Of a stretch of 64,000 nt of DNA, positions 1 through 9,083 are shown one piece after another; position 1 is the first letter of the stretch, and each line of letters starts with the position of its first letter. The translations under genes and the position numbers were made by a program. The notes under the pieces are model-generated. The model searched no databases. It was given only the letters and a program-made list of their open reading frames with translations, and had not been told where the DNA came from. Source of the stretch: a virus (Duplodnaviria; Caudoviricetes); IMG/VR virus record IMGVR_UViG_3300027734_003164, positions 1 through 64,000 of that record, one strand, 5' to 3'.

Positions 1-178
1 TCGTACAATCGTTAGTCCATTTACCATTACTTCTAATTGCCCATCCATCAATAATGTCTCCGTTTAAAATTAAAGTTTCCATTTCATTTTTTTCTAAAAA
101 CTCTAATATCTTTTCTGTTTGTGATTGTCTTGCACCTAAATGCAAATCACTCATTATCACCGTCTTCCATTTTTTCAT
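1..178 (-). CDS. Metallophosphoesterase, UDP-2,3-diacylglucosamine diphosphatase (LpxH)-like; runs off the window
   Basis: Not in the ORF track. Manual translation MKKWKTVIMSDLHLGARQSQ...LILNGDIIDGW shows calcineurin-like motifs DxH and GDxxD. ATGA overlap with the GT2 stop. Confidence 0.75.
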   Translation of the reverse strand, partial: MKKWKTVIMSDLHLGARQSQTEKILEFLEKNEMETLILNGDIIDGWAIRSNGKWTNDCT

Positions 179-891
179 TTCCAGTAATTTTTGTCTTCAG
201 TGAAATAAGATTTATTTTTGTGATTGAAAAAAGAACCAAGAAACAATTTAACCATATAAAATAAACCTTTGTTTTCAAATCTTCTTGGAGGTGTAAAAAC
301 TATATTATTTATTCTACCAAACTTATTATGTTTAATTTGTTTGGAAAAATGATAGTCTTCAGCAACCTTTATTTCTTCATCGAAACCTTTAAGGTTTTTA
401 AAAGTCTCTGACCTTACCATCATAAATCCTCCCAAACAAAAAGGTGTCGACCATTTAGAAACTAACTGTAAAAAATCAAATAATTTATAAACATAATTAA
501 ATTTACCGTTGTCGCTTCTAAACTTAGCGGTTACTAAGTCAAGGTTGTTCTTATGTATTCGAAGAAACGCCCTTTTGATTATCTTAGGGTCCAATAAAAA
601 TACATCAGCATCCATAAATAAAACGTATGGTGTTTCAACCAATTTAAACCCGTTGTTTCTTGCAATTGCAGGTAAACCGCCATCCATGATGTGTAGATTA
701 ATTTTATCTAAGTTATGTTCTAATCTATCAATTAAATCAATTTTTGTAATACCATCATTTGAAGCGTCACAAACAATAACTTTAACACCAAAAATATCGG
801 ATTGATAATTTAATAAATCCAAAGTTTTTAGAATGATGTCCTTTTCATTTTTACAGGGAATTACTATGGTTAGAAACTTACTTAAATCCAT
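175..891 (-). CDS. Glycosyltransferase family 2
   Basis: TIVIPCKNE, VIVCDAS.DG, ARNNG, FMDAD (DxD), GGFMMVR, GFDE...EDY motifs. Confidence 0.85.
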   Translation of the reverse strand: MDLSKFLTIVIPCKNEKDIILKTLDLLNYQSDIFGVKVIVCDASNDGITKIDLIDRLEHNLDKINLHIMDGGLPAIARNNGFKLVETPYVLFMDADVFLLDPKIIKRAFLRIHKNNLDLVTAKFRSDNGKFNYVYKLFDFLQLVSKWSTPFCLGGFMMVRSETFKNLKGFDEEIKVAEDYHFSKQIKHNKFGRINNIVFTPPRRFENKGLFYMVKLFLGSFFNHKNKSYFTEDKNYWK

Positions 892-1044
892 ATTTAAAAT
901 ATAAAATTACTTATTGTAATAGTCAAAGTAATGGTGGAAATAAATATAATCATGTAGGTGATGTTTTATAATAATAGATAGTTTGAATAATTTTTAATAT
1001 TATATTTCATAAAACTTTTAACTTAAGAATGACACACTTAACAA

Positions 1045-1614
1045 TTACTTAATAATTGTAACATAACCCGATACTACTTGTTTTTCACCATTTTTTAAAG
1101 ACTTGAAAGTCATTTTCCACAAATATGTTCCGTCGGTTATTGGTCTATTATTGTAAGTTCCATCCCATTTTATTTCGGGGTCGAATGACTGCCAAATCAA
1201 TTCACCCCATCGGTTATATACTTCAAATACAAACCCTTCAATTGATATACCATTGGTTATTGTTGGTCCCCATACTTGGTTAAATTCATTACCATCAGGA
1301 GTAAATGAATTTGGAACCCAATATATCAAAGGGTCACATTTTGTTACAATTATATTCAATACTACGGGTATACCTTCACAACCTAACTCGTTTGCCCCAA
1401 CAGCAACAAGTTGGTAATCACCAACATTATCGTAGGTGATATTGATGTTGGCACCTTGACCTATAAAGTTCCCATTTAAAAACCACTGAATTGTTCCGTT
1501 CATATCAATCGTCGTAGAATATGTAACGGTATTATTGTTTTCACATATTTCAAACTCTTGTTGTGAGAAACAAGTAAAAGTTAAAAATAAAAATAAATAC
1601 AATAATGTTTTCAT
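1045..1614 (-). CDS. Secreted protein with gliding-motility-associated (T9SS type B, CHU_C) C-terminal domain
   Basis: Signal peptide; WVPNSFTPDGNEFNQVW...VYNRWGELIW...WDGTYN...GTY...GYVTIIK. Confidence 0.75.
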   Translation of the reverse strand: MKTLLYLFLFLTFTCFSQQEFEICENNNTVTYSTTIDMNGTIQWFLNGNFIGQGANINITYDNVGDYQLVAVGANELGCEGIPVVLNIIVTKCDPLIYWVPNSFTPDGNEFNQVWGPTITNGISIEGFVFEVYNRWGELIWQSFDPEIKWDGTYNNRPITDGTYLWKMTFKSLKNGEKQVVSGYVTIIK

Positions 1615-2180
1615 TAGTTATGCGATATTGGTGTTAGAGTTGGAAGTGGATTTACAACCACATTTATTGTTGTTGAAAAAGAACAACTACCATTTGTATA
1701 TAAATAAGATATTGTATGGGTTCCTGCGCCTGCTGTTTGAGGACAAAACTGACCATTAACAACTCCTGTTCCTGCCCAAACACCACCAGCAGGTGTACCA
1801 ACTAAAGGAACACATGGGTCTGTTGAACAAAACGGTCCAATTTGTGTAATTGTTGGAACTACATTATAAATTAATACATTCAAATTAACGGCCGGTGATG
1901 AACACCCTTGTGGGCTGGTATAAACCACTGAAACACCGTTGTTAATTAATCCTGCGGGGCAGTTAGACCAATTGACAAATATAGTATTAGAGCCTTGTCC
2001 TGATTGAATTGTGGCACAAGCAGGTACTGTCCAGTTATAGTTTCCATTCCCTACGGAAGTAACTGTGTATTGTGATAAGGTTCCTGATTGAAAACAAACC
2101 GTATCGGGATTGTTTGTTGTAAGTTGACCAAAAAGTGTTGTGGTCATAAACATGAAGAATAGTACTAATAGTTTTTTCAT
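1614..2180 (-). CDS. Secreted Cys-containing PKD/Ig-like beta-sandwich protein
   Basis: Signal peptide; YNWTVP..ATIQSGQGSNTIFVNW PKD-like motif; ends PISHN. Confidence 0.55.
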   Translation of the reverse strand: MKKLLVLFFMFMTTTLFGQLTTNNPDTVCFQSGTLSQYTVTSVGNGNYNWTVPACATIQSGQGSNTIFVNWSNCPAGLINNGVSVVYTSPQGCSSPAVNLNVLIYNVVPTITQIGPFCSTDPCVPLVGTPAGGVWAGTGVVNGQFCPQTAGAGTHTISYLYTNGSCSFSTTINVVVNPLPTLTPISHN

Positions 2181-2186
2181 TTTTTT

Positions 2187-3242
2187 TTAATTATGGTTTA
2201 TTGGTCCCAATATTATTTGTTGGGGTTGGGTTATTGTTACGGAACCCGTTGCGGTACAACCATTTAGATTTACCGTTACGGTGTATGTTCCAGGACATAA
2301 ATTTGTTATAGATGATGTGGTTTGACCACCTGGACTCCACAAGAATGTGGCTCCTACTGTATTAACGTTAGAATTTGCCGTTCCATTACAAAGACCAAAA
2401 CAAGTGACATTTGTTGATGTTGGGTTGACTGTTAAATTAACTGCGGTATATGTAATTGTAATATATCCGTGACCTGTGTTATTTGCGGCTAAACAAGTTC
2501 CACCAACAGGTACTAACGATGAACCTGCACCGCCACCTCCACCTCCATTTCCACCTGTGCAACAACCATCATTTCCTCCTCCACCACCACCATAAAAACC
2601 TCCACCTCCACCACCACCTGATGCTGTTTGCCAAAATCCACCATTTCCACCTTGACCCAAAGTTCCCGCTTGGCCACCAGGAGGTGTTCCTGCCCAAGGA
2701 GCTCCACCATTTCCACCTGCGACTTGTGTTCCACCACCTCCACCTGCACCAAATGTATTACCGCCGGGGTTTCCATTATTACACCCGGCACTTCCACCTG
2801 GAGTTGTTGTGTTTGAGCCGCCACCTTTTCCGCCTCCACCGCCAGCAACGATTACTCTATTTGCTAATGCGGTCCCTCCAATTCTAATATCACTCGCACC
2901 TCCACCTCCACAAGAATTATATGTTACGTTTGCAGGACTTGACGCATATCCTGTTCCTCCACCATTCCATCCTCCTGAATTATTACCACAAGTTCCCATA
3001 CCACCGACATAAATATTTAAAGTTTGTCCTGGGGTTACTGTTAAAGTTCCTGTAATTCTTGCTCCATTTCCACCAACAGAACCACCACCTTTTGCACCTG
3101 CGGCAACGACATTTATTGATGTAACACAAGGGGGGACAACCCACGTTTGAAGTGCACCTGTATAATTAAAGGTGACAGTTTGAGTTTGTGAAAAACTTAT
3201 AAAAAAAAGAAATAAATATAAACCAGTTAAAATAAGTTTCAT
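2187..3242 (-). CDS. Secreted glycine-rich-domain protein with a SprB-like repeat
   Basis: Start moved to MKLILTG at 3242, 5 nt below a TATTTAT motif. FNYTGALQTWVVP...GAKGG, poly-Gly hexapeptide blocks, TNVTCFGLCNGTA SprB-type repeat; ends PINHN. Confidence 0.65.
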   Translation of the reverse strand: MKLILTGLYLFLFFISFSQTQTVTFNYTGALQTWVVPPCVTSINVVAAGAKGGGSVGGNGARITGTLTVTPGQTLNIYVGGMGTCGNNSGGWNGGGTGYASSPANVTYNSCGGGGASDIRIGGTALANRVIVAGGGGGKGGGSNTTTPGGSAGCNNGNPGGNTFGAGGGGGTQVAGGNGGAPWAGTPPGGQAGTLGQGGNGGFWQTASGGGGGGGFYGGGGGGNDGCCTGGNGGGGGGAGSSLVPVGGTCLAANNTGHGYITITYTAVNLTVNPTSTNVTCFGLCNGTANSNVNTVGATFLWSPGGQTTSSITNLCPGTYTVTVNLNGCTATGSVTITQPQQIILGPINHN

Positions 3243-3246
3243 GATA

Positions 3247-3253
3247 ATAAATA
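3247..3253 (-). promoter_or_regulatory. TATTTAT motif (putative phage late promoter element)
   Basis: Same motif recurs just upstream of many transcription units (see findings). Confidence 0.5.
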
Positions 3254-3313
3254 GATAGAAGTTAAATAAAAAAATATCAAATGAAAATTTGTTATAATTC
3301 AATTATTATTTGC

Positions 3314-3340
3314 AAAAAAAAGGGAGTTTTCACTCCCATT
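3314..3340 (-). terminator. Rho-independent terminator
   Basis: GGGAGT-GAAA-ACTCCC followed by a T8 run on the minus strand. Confidence 0.8.
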
Positions 3341-3344
3341 TTAT

Positions 3345-4073
3345 TTAAAACATGTTCAAAAGAAGGTCACCGTTTCCTTCCCACATTTTAATTTGTCGTT
3401 TAGGAACCCAAAACTCCATTTCACCAATCTCTTCAACTCTTTTAAGGTATTCATTACGGAAACGTTCTGCTTCAGACTTATCGGTAATGTATTCAACACC
3501 CATGTGACCTGCACAAGTCTTACCCATTTTAGTCAACATTGAAAACTCATCAGTCAACGTTCTACCACAACACACACATACATCACCACGTTTGATTGTC
3601 ATCTTACCTGCCAACTTGATGGCTTTAGGTGAAATTGCTAAAACTTTAGTAAGGTCCAAAAGTGTTGGGTTGAATTTAAGACCATAAGTTTCTTTCATCT
3701 TTTGACCAATACTACGTCCTACAATAATAGTGTCACCGTCCAAAGCAAGATTCATCTTACGAGTCGCATTTTTAGTCTCCTCTTTTTGGATTTGATTCAA
3801 CGCCGCAGATACTTGTTTATCAGACAATTTACCAAACTTTTCAAGTTTAGATTTGATGTCATTAACAAATTCACTTGGACCATTGTAGGCTTGGATTTTT
3901 TTCATGTCATCAGACAACTCAACTAGTTTTACTTCAGAAACCGCAGATAAGATTTTTTCTACAGCCGCTAATTGTTTTGGTGTTAGCGTGCCGTATTTTT
4001 TGATTGTATCTTTCATCTTGATAACAAAAGAGTTAGAACCTTGATAATTTTGAACTTGGGTGATGGTGGTCAT
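3345..4073 (-). CDS. Hypothetical protein with two helical repeats and a C-terminal DUF6011-like Zn-binding motif
   Basis: CVCCGRTLTDEFS...GKTCA; two F...K..L.KYG.L(T/S).KQ..A repeats. Confidence 0.5.
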   Translation of the reverse strand: MTTITQVQNYQGSNSFVIKMKDTIKKYGTLTPKQLAAVEKILSAVSEVKLVELSDDMKKIQAYNGPSEFVNDIKSKLEKFGKLSDKQVSAALNQIQKEETKNATRKMNLALDGDTIIVGRSIGQKMKETYGLKFNPTLLDLTKVLAISPKAIKLAGKMTIKRGDVCVCCGRTLTDEFSMLTKMGKTCAGHMGVEYITDKSEAERFRNEYLKRVEEIGEMEFWVPKRQIKMWEGNGDLLLNMF

Positions 4074-4099
4074 AGATATGTGTTTTATTGATTACCTTA

Positions 4100-4107
4100 C
4101 AAAGATA
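4100..4107 (-). promoter_or_regulatory. Bacteroidota sigma70-type -7 element TATCTTTG
   Basis: Matches TAnnTTTG consensus, about 27 nt upstream of the 4073 start. Confidence 0.65.
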
Positions 4108-4127
4108 GTAATAAAATCATAACCTCC

Positions 4128-4159
4128 AAAAAAAATCCCCACTTTTTTGTGAGGATTTT
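4128..4159 (-). terminator. Rho-independent terminator
   Basis: AAAATCCTCAC / GTGGGGATTTT stem followed by a T run. Confidence 0.75.
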
Positions 4160-4165
4160 AATTTT

Positions 4166-4918
4166 TTACATCATTTCTTCAGCCAAGTCCCAAAGTTTGG
4201 TGTTGATTTGGTTTACTGCCATGATGTTTTGTAGTCCACGGAGTTTTGTTCTACGTCCATTCTGAGATGTCATCTCCACTCCACCACGAACAAACTTCTC
4301 TTGTACGACGTTAAAAACTCGCCACATATCATCACCTTCATCTTCCATACGATTTGGTGTTAGAAGTCCTACAATCTCCATCTCCTTTAAAACTTTATCC
4401 TTACCAAAACGAACCTCAGCCGATTTACGAAGAAAATCAATCTTTTCATCAGTGGATAGTTCACGCTCCATCATTCGTTGAACTGACGTTTCAATCTTTG
4501 GTAATCGTCCTGCGAATGACTCGGTTAATTGTTTTACCTCGTCCAAATCAAATCGTGAGTGACGAAGGTTAAAAGATTCTGATAGGGCCGTTGGGACTGT
4601 TAAACCATTCGAACAAACCAGTCGGTGAAGTCCTGCACTTACTCGAAATGTTGCCATACCGTTGTGTGAGTTTCTGATGATTGCTTCAACCAAAGTATCT
4701 CCAACTTTTGGTAATTCACCGTTACGTAATCGTAGTTCGTGAACTGAATGTAATCCTCTACCAACTTGCTTTGCACTCGCCAGTTTCCATCCTTCTCGTT
4801 CAAAGTTTTCTAAGATGTCCAAAGTAGGTACGAATACATACTTGTCTGACATTTTTGGAGATGCTGATGATGCAAATACAGAAGGTGTTGTGTTTTTTAA
4901 ATCGCTTAAATTAATCAT
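4166..4918 (-). CDS. DUF932/DUF945 family protein
   Basis: S.KY.FVPT..IL..F..EGW, H...L, IIRNSHNG...F...AGLHRLVCSNGL motifs. Confidence 0.8.
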   Translation of the reverse strand: MINLSDLKNTTPSVFASSASPKMSDKYVFVPTLDILENFEREGWKLASAKQVGRGLHSVHELRLRNGELPKVGDTLVEAIIRNSHNGMATFRVSAGLHRLVCSNGLTVPTALSESFNLRHSRFDLDEVKQLTESFAGRLPKIETSVQRMMERELSTDEKIDFLRKSAEVRFGKDKVLKEMEIVGLLTPNRMEDEGDDMWRVFNVVQEKFVRGGVEMTSQNGRRTKLRGLQNIMAVNQINTKLWDLAEEMM

Positions 4919-5030
4919 GTATATATTTGTTTTTATGTTTCTGTTTTCTTGTATATGTTTTTTTACTTTTTTGAATCACAGGTCGAGTAACCTGCCATAT
5001 TTCCTGAATCGTAACTTCTATTGTTTTCAT
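4911..5030 (-). CDS. Small basic hypothetical protein (39 aa)
   Basis: Not in the ORF track. MKTIEVTIQEIWQVTRPVIQKSKKTYTRKQKHKNKYIHD; TATATTTG promoter at 5038-5045. Confidence 0.55.
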   Translation of the reverse strand: MKTIEVTIQEIWQVTRPVIQKSKKTYTRKQKHKNKYIHD

Positions 5031-5070
5031 AACAGTACAAATATATAAAATTAAAATACAAAAACAAAAT

Positions 5071-5325
5071 TTATTTTTTTATCATTGCCCTTAATTGACT
5101 ATTACTTTTGTGTGTTATTTTATAATAATTAGATAAGGGGTTCTTACCTTTCTCAGAATCTATGTGTCCTTTTTGGTAAGCTCTATTTATATTATCTGCT
5201 TCAACAGATTCTAATTCATTTATTTTAACTAAAATTTCTTCCAATAAATTATTTTCTTCAGGACTTTTAGCTGAATTTTTTTTATCCTTTAACCAATTTC
5301 TTAACTCTTGTCTAAACGTTTTCAT
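5071..5325 (-). CDS. Hypothetical protein
   Basis: 84-aa ORF in gene-dense, co-oriented context. Confidence 0.6.
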   Translation of the reverse strand: MKTFRQELRNWLKDKKNSAKSPEENNLLEEILVKINELESVEADNINRAYQKGHIDSEKGKNPLSNYYKITHKSNSQLRAMIKK

Positions 5326-5370
5326 ATTAATTAAAATATAATGAACTATTTTTTTTAAGTCAAACAGAAA

Positions 5371-5772
5371 TTAAAATTCATCTACCGTATTTTCAATTTT
5401 TTCATTATAGTCATCACTAAATTGAATTTTAACAATTCTAACTCTTGCGCCATCACCTCCAAAAAAATATTTTAATTCTTCATTTATTAAATTTGTTAAA
5501 TGATTATTTAATTTATAATCTTTTAATAAACTGTTTTTTAATTCTTTGAACACTGAAAAAATTGTAGTAACTCTTTTATCACCATCAGTAATTTCAACTA
5601 AAACATCCAAATAATCATAGTATTCGCCAACAGAAATCATTTTTCTTTGTCCTGTAATCACAAATTGATATTTAAATTCAATTTCCAATCCGTGAGAAAT
5701 TTCACCAACGTAATCAAAAATTATGTTGCTAATTATTTTATTTATTGACTGTATGTGTTTTTCTGAAATCAT
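5371..5772 (-). CDS. Hypothetical protein
   Basis: 133-aa ORF at the end of the leader-gene operon. Confidence 0.65.
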   Translation of the reverse strand: MISEKHIQSINKIISNIIFDYVGEISHGLEIEFKYQFVITGQRKMISVGEYYDYLDVLVEITDGDKRVTTIFSVFKELKNSLLKDYKLNNHLTNLINEELKYFFGGDGARVRIVKIQFSDDYNEKIENTVDEF

Positions 5773-5777
5773 ATAAT

Positions 5778-6362
5778 TTACATATACATATTATAATAGT
5801 AATGAATCAATTTTTTAATTGAGTCGATTAACAATTTAGGAAATTCGTTATTTAAAAAATCAATTAGTTCTGAAATAGAATCAAAACTTGTTGGTGTATA
5901 ACTTGTTGTTAAACCTAATCCATCGTAATCCTCATAATTATCACCAGACTCCCTATCCTCAAAATCACTACCCTCAACAGGTGTTTCACAATCACCATTC
6001 CAATAAGGTGTTGCAAAACCTTTTAACGTATAATTCTTATCATTAAACTCAAAAACTATACTCCCACTATAACCACCCCATGAGAACTTTAAATCCGCAA
6101 ACATGTCATCAAAACTATGTTTCTTGTTAACTAAATCTGTTCTAAAAAGTAAACCAACTAATTTATAAGCTAAACCACAATCAATATGTATTTCTTTATC
6201 TTTTAATAGAAAAATTATTTGTTCTAAAGATAATCCAGTATAATCTGATATTTCATTAAATTCCATACCGTCATTCCACATTTTATAGACGAGGTTTGAG
6301 TTTTTTTCAAAATTTGATTCTAAAAGAGTATTAAATTGTTCTTCTGTAATTATTATTTTCAT
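5778..6362 (-). CDS. MKIIITE-leader hypothetical protein
   Basis: Begins MKIIITEEQFNTLLE. Confidence 0.75.
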   Translation of the reverse strand: MKIIITEEQFNTLLESNFEKNSNLVYKMWNDGMEFNEISDYTGLSLEQIIFLLKDKEIHIDCGLAYKLVGLLFRTDLVNKKHSFDDMFADLKFSWGGYSGSIVFEFNDKNYTLKGFATPYWNGDCETPVEGSDFEDRESGDNYEDYDGLGLTTSYTPTSFDSISELIDFLNNEFPKLLIDSIKKLIHYYYNMYM

Positions 6363-6766
6363 CAAAAATTAAAGTCTTTTCTTTTATTAATTATATCTCT
6401 TACGGATATAATAATCACTTTAGCACCAATTACATTTCTTGCCTCTTCTTGTAGTTGATAAATAAAATTTGCTAAATTGTTGTATTTATAAATCGAATCA
6501 ATATAACAATCAATAGTGATGTTTATTGATTCCATTTTATTTTTTTCAAAATAATCCATAGATGTTGACTTTGAGACATCGACCACTTTAATTTCTTCAA
6601 TCATATCTATTGGGTCACAAATATAACTTTGGTGACTTCTTATGTAATATCCTCCCTCACAATTTTCTATAAGTTGTTCTAATGCCATGTCAATAAGATT
6701 TTGCATCTTATCTGTTTGAGATTCAATTAACATTTTATACTGACTTTCTGTAATTATTATTTTCAT
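6362..6766 (-). CDS. MKIIITE-leader hypothetical protein
   Basis: Begins MKIIITESQYKMLIE; overlaps neighbours. Confidence 0.75.
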   Translation of the reverse strand: MKIIITESQYKMLIESQTDKMQNLIDMALEQLIENCEGGYYIRSHQSYICDPIDMIEEIKVVDVSKSTSMDYFEKNKMESINITIDCYIDSIYKYNNLANFIYQLQEEARNVIGAKVIIISVRDIINKRKDFNF

Positions 6767-7137
6767 CCTATATTGGCTCCTGTAACATCTTTTATTGAAA
6801 CACTTGGAAATAAACTATTAAAGTATTCTGCCAATGCGTATTTGAAATGCCTTGTATAAATATGCCAAGGAACTAACTTTTCAATATCTTCCGCCCAATT
6901 ATAATCATAATAAAGTGTTCGACTACCTTTTCGATAATTAAGTAAAATTTTACCATCTGAATCACCTAACATAATTCTATCTTCTGTTTCACCTGAAGAT
7001 GTAATTTCTAATTTAATGGCCGTAAAAAACATCTCTTCATATTTTGGATATTCTTCAGAATAAGGAGCATCAAATCTATCTCTACCGAATGTTCTTTCGA
7101 TTTCTAATAATTGAGATTCTGTAATTATTATTTTCAT
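6763..7137 (-). CDS. MKIIITE-leader hypothetical protein
   Basis: Begins MKIIITESQLLEIE. Confidence 0.75.
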   Translation of the reverse strand: MKIIITESQLLEIERTFGRDRFDAPYSEEYPKYEEMFFTAIKLEITSSGETEDRIMLGDSDGKILLNYRKGSRTLYYDYNWAEDIEKLVPWHIYTRHFKYALAEYFNSLFPSVSIKDVTGANIG

Positions 7138-7733
7138 TATACGATTTCAACTTCAACATCAATTGGTAATCCGTATTTTTCAAGTAGATTATAAAAATAA
7201 TCATACGCAACACTTCTAATATATCCCAGTAAATCACCAGTTTCATAATATTCTCTTGATATTTCTAAAGCTTCATAAATTGAAACAGTTACTATTCGGT
7301 AGTTTTCATCTTCGTCATCATCCTGCTCTTCGTCATAAACAGACATTTCTATACTTCCATCACCACTAACATTTAACTCAATCAGATTGACTTGTGTACC
7401 GTCTGTCATGTTGTAATCGTCCATTCCAACAACATCAACCTCAGCATAAAGATTTTGAGCATCGTCTTGTATTTCAAATGTTTTACCGTAAATATCGCCA
7501 ATCATTTTATCATATAAAACATCCATACCTCCATTATATTCGTACCATATTGGTCTTATTTGTTGGTAATCTTCAGAGGTGTTTTTTCTTACACCCAAAA
7601 CATTATATAACATATCGTCCAATACTGGTTCTTCCCCACTTCTTTTTTGTCTATCCCAAAAAGAATATAAAAATTCACGAAGATTTTCTTCCGTTAGTAT
7701 ATCGTATTGTGCTTCAGTTATAATAATTTTCAT
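7137..7733 (-). CDS. MKIIITE-leader acidic hypothetical protein; paralog of 9080-9631
   Basis: Begins MKIIITEAQYDILTEE; L.S.WD.Q...G.P..D motif shared with 9080-9631. Confidence 0.75.
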   Translation of the reverse strand: MKIIITEAQYDILTEENLREFLYSFWDRQKRSGEEPVLDDMLYNVLGVRKNTSEDYQQIRPIWYEYNGGMDVLYDKMIGDIYGKTFEIQDDAQNLYAEVDVVGMDDYNMTDGTQVNLIELNVSGDGSIEMSVYDEEQDDDEDENYRIVTVSIYEALEISREYYETGDLLGYIRSVAYDYFYNLLEKYGLPIDVEVEIV

Positions 7734-8539
7734 TATTTCTTTTTCTTTTTTACAACATTCCCAAATTTATGATTTCCAATTGTTACAGTTGGAACCCATT
7801 TTGTTGTGTCAGTGTCTTTGGTCCAATAAGGTTTGACATAATTTGCGTAGTAAAATTGAGCTCCTTGTGTGACATCGGATAATCCACCTATATTTTCAGC
7901 AATCGAAATGGCAGTTGTTAGTTGTTTGTGGTTTTTATATTTATTATAAACATCTTGTAGTTTTTCACCACCACTGTTATATTTATTCCACATAGAAAAT
8001 TGTTTATTAGCCAAAGCCTGTGATTCAACACTTGAACCATAGTTCAAAAAATTATTATCTGCTCTATTTTTTAAAACATTTGCAACAGCTTGCATAGATT
8101 TATATGGGTCGGATTCACCACCTGCTTCACCCAATAAAGTACATACAATTTTTTTGTTATTTTCAGATAAATCATTAAATTCTTTTTTTTCACTAACTTC
8201 TGTTTCTTCTTTTTTTCCTTCTAATTTTTCTAATGTTTTTTTCCCAATCTGTGTACCTTTCACTTCATCAGGTTCCCATAATTTTTTTATAGCCTCTTGG
8301 GTTTTATTACCATAGTAACCATTATTACTTTTTGTATCCAATAAGTTTTTGTCTTGCAACATTTTTTGAATTTTTACTATTGCTGAACTTTCACCAGCGT
8401 TACAATAACCTTTCTCGATAATCTTACCATCTCTTATTTGTTGTAAAGTAATGAGTTCATCTTCTTTTGTTCCTTCAGGACAAGGATTAGTGTTTTCTAA
8501 AATATATCTAAACTGAGTTTCTGTGATAATTATTTTCAT
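7733..8539 (-). CDS. Cell wall hydrolase (SleB/Hydrolase_2) with peptidoglycan-binding segment and MKIIITE leader
   Basis: LLGEAGGE (catalytic Glu), AVANVLKNR, QFSMWN, GAQFYYANYVKPYW, IGNHKF; IQKML...GYYGNKTQEAIKKL PG-binding-like. Confidence 0.8.
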   Translation of the reverse strand: MKIIITETQFRYILENTNPCPEGTKEDELITLQQIRDGKIIEKGYCNAGESSAIVKIQKMLQDKNLLDTKSNNGYYGNKTQEAIKKLWEPDEVKGTQIGKKTLEKLEGKKEETEVSEKKEFNDLSENNKKIVCTLLGEAGGESDPYKSMQAVANVLKNRADNNFLNYGSSVESQALANKQFSMWNKYNSGGEKLQDVYNKYKNHKQLTTAISIAENIGGLSDVTQGAQFYYANYVKPYWTKDTDTTKWVPTVTIGNHKFGNVVKKKKK

Positions 8540-8545
8540 ATTTTT

Positions 8546-8552
8546 ATAAATA
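8546..8552 (-). promoter_or_regulatory. TATTTAT motif (putative late promoter) heading the MKIIITE operon
   Basis: GTATTTATAAAAATATG directly upstream of the 8539 start. Confidence 0.55.
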
Positions 8553-8562
8553 CATTAAGCAT

Positions 8563-8591
8563 AAAAAAAGTCAGGATTTCCTGACTTTTTT
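8563..8591. terminator. Rho-independent terminator (symmetric, bidirectional)
   Basis: AAAAAAAGTCAGG-ATTT-CCTGACTTTTTT. Confidence 0.8.
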
Positions 8592-8611
8592 ACTATATAT
8601 AGGACGAGATA

Positions 8612-8860
8612 TTAAAGACCATATAATTCTTTTTTTGGTCCGAGTAAATCAATAGCTTTACTCACCGCCAGGTCTTTGGTCTTTAAACCTTTCTCGATTA
8701 TTTTTTTAGCGTGATAGACAACATAATCCGTAGTTTTAACATCACCTTTGGTGAACTTATACTTACTTTCTTTTTTTGGTTTCATTGTGTCATTAGCATA
8801 GATGTCGTAGAATCCAACTTTGCAAATGTAACGTCCTTTTTTTCCTGATTTTGTCGCCAT
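8612..8860 (-). CDS. Small basic hypothetical protein
   Basis: 82-aa ORF with its own TACATTTG promoter (8898-8905) and terminator. Confidence 0.7.
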   Translation of the reverse strand: MATKSGKKGRYICKVGFYDIYANDTMKPKKESKYKFTKGDVKTTDYVVYHAKKIIEKGLKTKDLAVSKAIDLLGPKKELYGL

Positions 8861-8936
8861 AATTTATTGTTTATTTTTTAAGTGGTTAATATTAATACAA
8901 ATGTATATAAACTATTTCGTTTAATCAAAACTTTTA

Positions 8937-9083
8937 TTAATTATTTTTTTTCTTTTTTCTTCCCTGACAATGGGCTCTTTGTGAAAAACCTTTTGGGTTG
9001 TTACAATCAATAGACCTTTTATATTTGTTGGACCATTTCTCAATTAACATTTGAAGTTGTTCTTCTGTAATAATAATTTTCAT
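8937..9083 (-). CDS. 48-aa MKIIITE-leader microprotein with a Cys pair
   Basis: Not in the ORF track. MKIIITEEQLQMLIEKWSNKYKRSIDCNNPKGFSQRAHCQGRKKKKNN. Confidence 0.75.
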   Translation of the reverse strand: MKIIITEEQLQMLIEKWSNKYKRSIDCNNPKGFSQRAHCQGRKKKKNN

